From Acaryochloris marina S15 (GTDB taxonomy: Bacteria; Cyanobacteriota; Cyanobacteriia; Thermosynechococcales; Thermosynechococcaceae): DNA of 32,000 nt. Below the pieces are notes generated by a model. That model worked only from the letters and a program-made list of their open reading frames with translations, did not search any database and was not told the DNA's origin. A program made the translations under genes and the position numbers. Positions 26,876 through 32,000 of this stretch are shown here, piece after piece. Location of the stretch: NCBI RefSeq assembly GCF_018336915.1, contig NZ_CP064923.1, positions 1,920,001 to 1,952,000 of the forward strand, written 5' to 3'. The number at the start of each line of letters is the position of its first letter. Position 1 is the first letter of the stretch.

Positions 26876-28086
26876 TGGCGCTTCAACGAATTCTGTTCCT
26901 CCACCCCAATTTTCCCGCTCAGTTTCGGCATTTGGCGATGGTGTTAGCCGAAAGTCCAAAGCATCAAGTGGTGTATGGGACGGCTCGGGAGGAGGGGCAG
27001 ATTCAAGGGGTACAGAAAATTTTGTACAAACCGTCTCGGGAAGTGCGACCCGAAACCCACCATTATGTCCGTCCCCTTGAAAGTGCAGTGTTGGAGGGAC
27101 AGGCCGTTTATCGGATTGCCCAGCAGCTCAGTGACAAAGGCTTTGTACCGGATGTGGTCTATGCCCATTCCGGTTGGGGACCGGGGTTATTTGTAAAAGA
27201 TATTTTCCCCAAGGCCAAGTTCTGCTGCTTTTTTGAGTGGTACTACCATGCCCACGGCACCGATGCCGATTTTGACCCTGCAGATCCCCTCGACGCCGAT
27301 GCGGAGGCTCGGATTCGCATCAAGAATGCACCCATACTTTTGGATTTGGCGAGCTGTGATTATGGCCTCTCTCCCACCCAATGGCAGCGCCACCAATTTC
27401 CGCCAGAATTTCACAGCAAGATCAAGGTTTTACATGACGGCATCGACACGGAGTATTTTCAGCCTAAACCGGGTGCCAAGCTGGTTTTACCCGACGTGAA
27501 TCTGGATTTGTCGGCAGTGGATGAAATCGTTACCTATGTCGCCCGAGGCATGGAGCCCTATCGGGGGTTTCCCCAGTTTATGGAGGCTATTGCCCTGCTG
27601 CAGCAAAAGCGGCCCAATTGCCATGTAGTGGTGGTAGGGGCTGACCGAGTGGCCTACGGTAAAAAGCTTCCGAATGGCAAAACCTATAAGCAGCATATGC
27701 TGGAAACCTTGTCCCTCGATTTATCGCGACTACATTTTACGGGTCGGTTGCCCTACAACCAGTATTTGCAGGTTTTACAAGCTTCTTCGGTACATGTTTA
27801 TTTAACCCGGCCCTTTGTGCTGTCTTGGTCCATGCTGGAATCCATGTCCGCTGGCTGCCTACTAGTGGCTTCCGATACGGCTCCGGTCAAAGAGGTGATT
27901 AAAGATGGCCAGAATGGCCTGCTCGTGGACTTTTTCTCGCCGCAACAGGTGTGCGATCGCATCCAGGAAGCCCTCAATCACCCAGACGGCATGGCCGAAC
28001 TCCGGGCCAATGCCCGTCGGACCATTCAGAAAACCTATGACTTGGTGAAGCTCTTACCCCAGCATCTCGACTGGTTAACCCGTTAG
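26875..28086 (+). CDS. Glycosyltransferase, GT4-like (GT-B fold)
   Basis: The C-terminal half has PFVLSWSMLESMSAGCLLVASDTAPVKEVIKDGQNGLLV, which is E-x7-E-type GT4 donor-site sequence. 403 aa. Confidence 0.7.
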   Translation: MALQRILFLHPNFPAQFRHLAMVLAESPKHQVVYGTAREEGQIQGVQKILYKPSREVRPETHHYVRPLESAVLEGQAVYRIAQQLSDKGFVPDVVYAHSGWGPGLFVKDIFPKAKFCCFFEWYYHAHGTDADFDPADPLDADAEARIRIKNAPILLDLASCDYGLSPTQWQRHQFPPEFHSKIKVLHDGIDTEYFQPKPGAKLVLPDVNLDLSAVDEIVTYVARGMEPYRGFPQFMEAIALLQQKRPNCHVVVVGADRVAYGKKLPNGKTYKQHMLETLSLDLSRLHFTGRLPYNQYLQVLQASSVHVYLTRPFVLSWSMLESMSAGCLLVASDTAPVKEVIKDGQNGLLVDFFSPQQVCDRIQEALNHPDGMAELRANARRTIQKTYDLVKLLPQHLDWLTR

Positions 28087-28443
28087 GTTTCAGTTCGAAA
28101 GCGAAGAGATTTTCGGTAGACATTTGGACTGGAGAGCCTGGTGAGAACTGTCCCTGGCATTGGAACCGCAATCGTGACAATGTCTGGGCAAAAAGCGTGG
28201 CAGGCAAACGGGCCAGACTTTTATCCAAGAATAGGGGAACTCTCAGGGAAAACTCATGCCGCTTAGTTTTAATGGGTCTGAGAACATAAGGGTTAGCTCC
28301 CTAACTCGAATGGCCCATGCACTCTATCCATCTTATCGACCAGCTGAAATTCTCTTGTTTGGTGACTGGCAGCTGCAAAAAACAGATAAACATGGCATAG
28401 TGCCCATGAATGACCATTCATTACAAATCCATCATTGACCACT

Positions 28444-29412
28444 ATGACGTATTTAGAATCCGCAGCAGAGTTTTACAGTCAAGTCGCTGAAACCCCAGAC
28501 GTGGGCTTATGTTGTGTCCAAAGCACTCCTTTGCAACTGCCGGGCCTGGTGGTGCCTCCGCAAATGCAGGAAATGAACTATGGATGTGGCACAACCGTCC
28601 ATCCCACTGAATTGTCGGGTGATCCAACGGTTCTCTATGTCGGTGTCGGGGGAGGATTGGAAGCCCTGCAATTTTCCTACTTTTCCCGTCGCCCTGGAGC
28701 CGTGGTTGCGGTGGATCCAGTGGATGAAATGCGTAAAGCGGCTGCTCGGAACCTAGAGATTGCTGCTAAAGATAATGAGTGGTTTGACCCCAGCTTTGTC
28801 ACGATTAAAGAAGGGGATGCCTTTGCCCTGCCCGTCCCAGATAACTCCGTAGATTTGGTGGCTCAGAATTGTCTGTTCAATATCTTTGAGCCCGAAGATC
28901 TATCCCGTGCCCTCCAGGAAACCTATCGAGTCCTGAAGCCCGGTGGCCGCTTAGTGATGAGTGACCCCATTTCCACTCGCCCTATTCCAGAGCATCTGCA
29001 GCGAGATGATCGGCTGCGGGCCATGTGCTTGTCCGGTGCCTTAACTTATGAACAGTACGTTCAGCGAATTATCCATGCTGGATTTGGACAAGTTGAGATC
29101 CGAGCCCGTCGCCCCTACCGCTTACTCGATCAAGCCAACTACAAGCTAGACCAGCATTTACTCCTAGAGAGCCTAGATTCCGTTTCCTTTAAAATCGATA
29201 TTGCCGATGATGGAGCTTGTGTCTTCACAGGCAAGATGGCGGTTTATACAGGACCCGATGAGTATTTCGATGATCAAGCCGGTCACATTTTGAGTTTAGG
29301 GATCCCCCTAGCCGTTTGCGATAAAACAGCAGCTAAATTGGCAAAAGCTCATCCCCAAGCAATTAAGGTCACTGAGTCTACTTGGTATTACGACGGTGGA
29401 GGATGTTGCTAA
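28444..29412 (+). CDS. arsM: As(III) S-adenosylmethionine methyltransferase-like protein (ArsM/AS3MT type), ending in Cys-Cys
   Basis: The layout is collinear with AS3MT as I remember it: LCCVQSTPLQLP (cf. ACVTTARPVP), NYGCGTTVHP (cf. YYGCGLVIPE), the SAM motif VLYVGVGGG, QNCLFNIF (cf. SNCVINL) and MCLSGAL (cf. ECLGGAL). ATG at 28444; the track start at 28435 is a TTG. Confidence 0.6.
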   Translation: MTYLESAAEFYSQVAETPDVGLCCVQSTPLQLPGLVVPPQMQEMNYGCGTTVHPTELSGDPTVLYVGVGGGLEALQFSYFSRRPGAVVAVDPVDEMRKAAARNLEIAAKDNEWFDPSFVTIKEGDAFALPVPDNSVDLVAQNCLFNIFEPEDLSRALQETYRVLKPGGRLVMSDPISTRPIPEHLQRDDRLRAMCLSGALTYEQYVQRIIHAGFGQVEIRARRPYRLLDQANYKLDQHLLLESLDSVSFKIDIADDGACVFTGKMAVYTGPDEYFDDQAGHILSLGIPLAVCDKTAAKLAKAHPQAIKVTESTWYYDGGGCC

Positions 29413-29445
29413 GCTAAGCCGTTTGTTGTTGTGGATCGAGCTGAT

Positions 29446-30441
29446 ATGACTGTTTCAACTACCCCCTCTCTCACTCCGTTTACCCAGAAGTTAGCTGCTC
29501 CCCTCAGCAAGCAGCCCATTACGGTGCTGCAAATCAATTTGGGGCGGCGGTGCAACTTAGCCTGTAGCCATTGCCATGTGGAGGCCAGTCCGAAACGGAC
29601 AGAGGAGTTATCCCCAGACGTCTGTGATCAGTTGGTTGAACTGATTCATCAATTCCCTCAGATTGAAACCGTGGATCTAACGGGGGGTGCCCCGGAGATG
29701 AATTACGGCTTTCGTCCCCTAGTAGAGGCAGCTCGCTCCCACAACAAGGAAGTCATCGTTCGTTCGAATTTAACCATTTACTTTGAACCGGGTTTTGAAG
29801 ATTTACCCGAATATTTTGCCCAGCATCAACTGCGAGTGGTGGCCTCCCTGCCCTGTTATCTGGAGCAAAATGTAGACAAAATGCGGGGTGATGGCGTCTT
29901 TGACAGCTCAATCAAAGCGCTGCAGCGGTTGAATCAGTTGGGCTATGGCTCGGATCCGAATCTATTGTTGGACCTGGTGTATAACCCCCAGGTGCCCACC
30001 ACCCTGGACTTTGCCCTAGCCCCGGATCAGCAGCCCTTAGAACAGGCCTATAAACAGCACTTAGGGGAGCAGTTCGGAATTACCTTTAATCATCTATTTG
30101 CGATTACCAATCTACCCATCGGTCGCACCAAGTTTCATTTGCAACATCGTCAGCTTCATCAGCCCTATCTTCAGTTTTTGGAAGGCCATTTTAATGACTC
30201 GACGATAGAGCATTTAATGTGTCGCAATGAGCTATCCGTCGATTATCTGGGCAATATCTATGACTGCGATTTCAATCAAATGGAGGAGATTCCAGCTACC
30301 ACCCCTAAGGGGGAGCGGTTAACGGTGAAAAAGCTGTTGGACGCTGGCAGTCTCGATTTAATTGAAGACGTAAAAACAGCGCCCTATTGCTATGGCTGCA
30401 CTGCGGGGAGTGGTTCGAGCTGCGGCGGTTCTTTGTTATGA
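29446..30441 (+). CDS. arsS: Radical-SAM / Cys-rich-tail protein of the ArsS (arsenosugar biosynthesis) type
   Basis: RRCNLACSHC is the CxxxCxxC radical-SAM cluster motif (29551..29574). The Cys-rich C-terminus is APYCYGCTAGSGSSCGGSL. The gene lies directly downstream of the arsM-like gene. An alternative start is the GTG at 29431. Confidence 0.65.
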   Translation: MTVSTTPSLTPFTQKLAAPLSKQPITVLQINLGRRCNLACSHCHVEASPKRTEELSPDVCDQLVELIHQFPQIETVDLTGGAPEMNYGFRPLVEAARSHNKEVIVRSNLTIYFEPGFEDLPEYFAQHQLRVVASLPCYLEQNVDKMRGDGVFDSSIKALQRLNQLGYGSDPNLLLDLVYNPQVPTTLDFALAPDQQPLEQAYKQHLGEQFGITFNHLFAITNLPIGRTKFHLQHRQLHQPYLQFLEGHFNDSTIEHLMCRNELSVDYLGNIYDCDFNQMEEIPATTPKGERLTVKKLLDAGSLDLIEDVKTAPYCYGCTAGSGSSCGGSLL

Positions 30442-30470
30442 CATCACACACATTTTTTAAAGGTAAATCT

Positions 30471-31223
30471 ATGAATGTTCGTCACTGGAAAAAAATCCAA
30501 CCTGTTTTATTAGCAGCTTTAGCCTTTTTGGTGATTACGGCATCTCCTGCTTGGGCCGCAGATGGGGGTGGTTTCAATCCCCAGCAACTGCTTCGGGATG
30601 CCCTGTTATGGGTGAAAGAATTAGGTCCTGTCGGTGCGATCGCATTTATTGGGATTTACATTGTTTCCACCGTTGCCTTTTTGCCGGGGTCCATTTTGAC
30701 CCTAGGCGCAGGGGTTGTCTTTGGAGTGGTTCAAGGATCTTTTTTAGTCTTTATTGGGGCCACTATTGGGGCTACTCTCGCTTTTCTGGTGGGGCGATAT
30801 GCCGCTCGGGGCTGGATCTCTAAAAAAATTGAAGGCAATGATAAATTTGCAGCGATTGATAAAGCGGTCGGTAAAGAAGGGTTCAAGATTGTTCTACTGA
30901 CCCGGCTATCCCCCATTTTTCCCTTTAACTTACTCAACTATGGCATGGGGGTTACGGGAGTTTCTTTAAGAGATTACTTTTTCGGTTCCGTGGGCATGAT
31001 TCCCGGCACCATTATGTATGTCTATCTCGGATCTCTAGCGGGGAATATCGCCACAATCGGCACAGGAGATCAACCCTCTAACCCCACCATTACTTGGGCC
31101 ATCCGCATTATCGGTTTTCTTGCCACGGTTTTAGTGACGGTCTATGTGACTAAAGTTGCCCGAAAAGCGCTGGCAGAAGCCGTTCCTGAAACCGGCTCTG
31201 TGGTAGAGCAAGAATTAAGCTAA
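30471..31223 (+). CDS. TVP38/TMEM64 family (DedA-superfamily, 'SNARE-associated') membrane protein, copy 1
   Basis: FLPGSILTLGAGVVFG...GATLAFLVGRY...LTRLSPIFPFNLLNYGMG is the PF09335-type core. An alternative start is the ATG at 30438, which overlaps the arsS stop (ATGA). Confidence 0.75.
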   Translation: MNVRHWKKIQPVLLAALAFLVITASPAWAADGGGFNPQQLLRDALLWVKELGPVGAIAFIGIYIVSTVAFLPGSILTLGAGVVFGVVQGSFLVFIGATIGATLAFLVGRYAARGWISKKIEGNDKFAAIDKAVGKEGFKIVLLTRLSPIFPFNLLNYGMGVTGVSLRDYFFGSVGMIPGTIMYVYLGSLAGNIATIGTGDQPSNPTITWAIRIIGFLATVLVTVYVTKVARKALAEAVPETGSVVEQELS

Positions 31224-31903
31224 TGCTGCAAGAAGGACTACGCCAACGGCAAGTGAAAGGTCGCAGACGATTACTAGCAGGGGTGGTAGGGGTGTTGTTG
31301 CTTCCCCTAGTCATTCGGTATGGTCCCTTGCTGTTTGACCAGATGCATTTAGTGGAGGTTGTGCAATCCCATGGTTTATGGGGCTACATCATCTTTCTTC
31401 TGCTACATATCGTCGCCACGATGCTGGGTGTCCCTGGTGTTATTCTCACGATTGTGGGCGGTATCTTGTTTGGCCTGCTATGGGGAAGTGTCTTATCCCT
31501 AGTCGGAGCTACCTTGGGAGCTCTGGGAGCCTTCTGGATGGCTCGCTATCTCTTCTTAGATTGGGCACAGAAACGCGTGCGCGATCGCAAGCTCCTCTGC
31601 TCCTTCAATCAGGCGGTCCTCCAGCATCCGTTTAGCTTTGTTCTGATCGTCCGCTTTGCCCCGATCTCACCCTTTAATTTGGTGAATTTCCTGTTTGGTA
31701 TGACTACCATTCACTGGTTTCCTTACAGCTTGGGAACGCTTATTGGCATTATCCCCGGTGTGATTGCCTATACCTGGATCGGCGTCGCTGGTAATGAGGC
31801 GATGCATGGCAAAGGCCCTTGGCCCTTAGTGATTGCCTGTACCTGCCTAGCGATATTGTCGGCAATGCCTTTGCTACTCCGCCAGAAGCGATCGTTTAAT
31901 TGA
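31223..31903 (+). CDS. TVP38/TMEM64 family membrane protein, copy 2
   Basis: GVPGVILTIVGGILFG...GALGAFWMARY...VRFAPISPFNLVNFLFG is paralogous to the upstream gene. Its start overlaps the upstream stop (TAATG at 31221..31225). Confidence 0.75.
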   Translation: MLQEGLRQRQVKGRRRLLAGVVGVLLLPLVIRYGPLLFDQMHLVEVVQSHGLWGYIIFLLLHIVATMLGVPGVILTIVGGILFGLLWGSVLSLVGATLGALGAFWMARYLFLDWAQKRVRDRKLLCSFNQAVLQHPFSFVLIVRFAPISPFNLVNFLFGMTTIHWFPYSLGTLIGIIPGVIAYTWIGVAGNEAMHGKGPWPLVIACTCLAILSAMPLLLRQKRSFN

Positions 31904-32000
31904 AGGGCTTCGACATCCGCCTAATTTTTCTCACAAGATAGCTGTCAGTAACTTGAGTTCGAGATCAGTAAAGGATTAAGTAGCTTTCCTCATCCAAAGG

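Noticed and set aside
28256-28438. A 60-aa ORF just upstream of the arsM-like gene
   Set aside because: It has no RBS-like sequence or recognisable motif. It lies in what looks like the promoter/leader of the ars unit, and the composition of the peptide is unremarkable.
1-32000. Search for CRISPR arrays, long tandem repeats, rRNA or riboswitch-like leaders
   Set aside because: I could see no regularly spaced direct repeats or long tandem arrays. The long intergenic regions (2187..2570, 4430..4856, 16974..17185, 21500..21827, 28087..28443) showed no structure I could assign to a known RNA family by eye. A covariance-model scan (Rfam/Infernal) would be needed to exclude them.

Overview
The window is almost certainly cyanobacterial chromosome. 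I counted at least 16 copies of the HIP1 octamer GCGATCGC by eye, where less than one is expected by chance. I support about 31 protein genes, one tRNA-Val(CAC), three candidate terminator hairpins and a nested pair of decayed insertion sequences. No CRISPR array, rRNA, prophage block or recognisable defence-system gene is visible.

Gene content from left to right:
- A metallophosphoesterase 3' end.
- Two tandem secreted DUF1400-like paralogues.
- A histidine phosphatase and an M50/CBS protease.
- A run of small stress and envelope genes: USP, HdeD-like, PLD/cardiolipin-synthase-like, YvlD/holin-4-like and Pmp3/YqaE.
- A sterol-desaturase-family enzyme.
- A four-gene minus-strand unit: TPR protein, bestrophin-like channel, NarL-type regulator and CHASE3 kinase.
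- A PP2C phosphatase followed by a CheY-like regulator and two sensor-less REC-histidine kinases.
- A coiled-coil protein and an MscS channel.
- A REC/Grx-like/TrxR-like flavoprotein paired with a cNMP-domain histidine kinase.
- tRNA-Val and an orphan ORF.
- A translationally coupled TIGR01777 epimerase-like gene and GT4 glycosyltransferase.
- A tightly packed arsM-like methyltransferase, arsS-like radical-SAM enzyme and two TVP38/TMEM64 membrane proteins.

The mobile DNA is an IS1-family element (6094..8491) with 8-bp target duplications, inserted 28 bp upstream of the HdeD-like gene. It is itself split by an ISKra4-like element (6441..7924) that has its own 9-10 bp duplication.

The most interesting candidates for undescribed biology are:
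1. The arsenosugar-type arsM/arsS pair, operonically fused to two TVP38/DedA-superfamily proteins.
2. The two-component pair whose output is a flavoprotein lacking both expected redox CxxC motifs.

All family calls come from motif recognition by eye. No database search was run.
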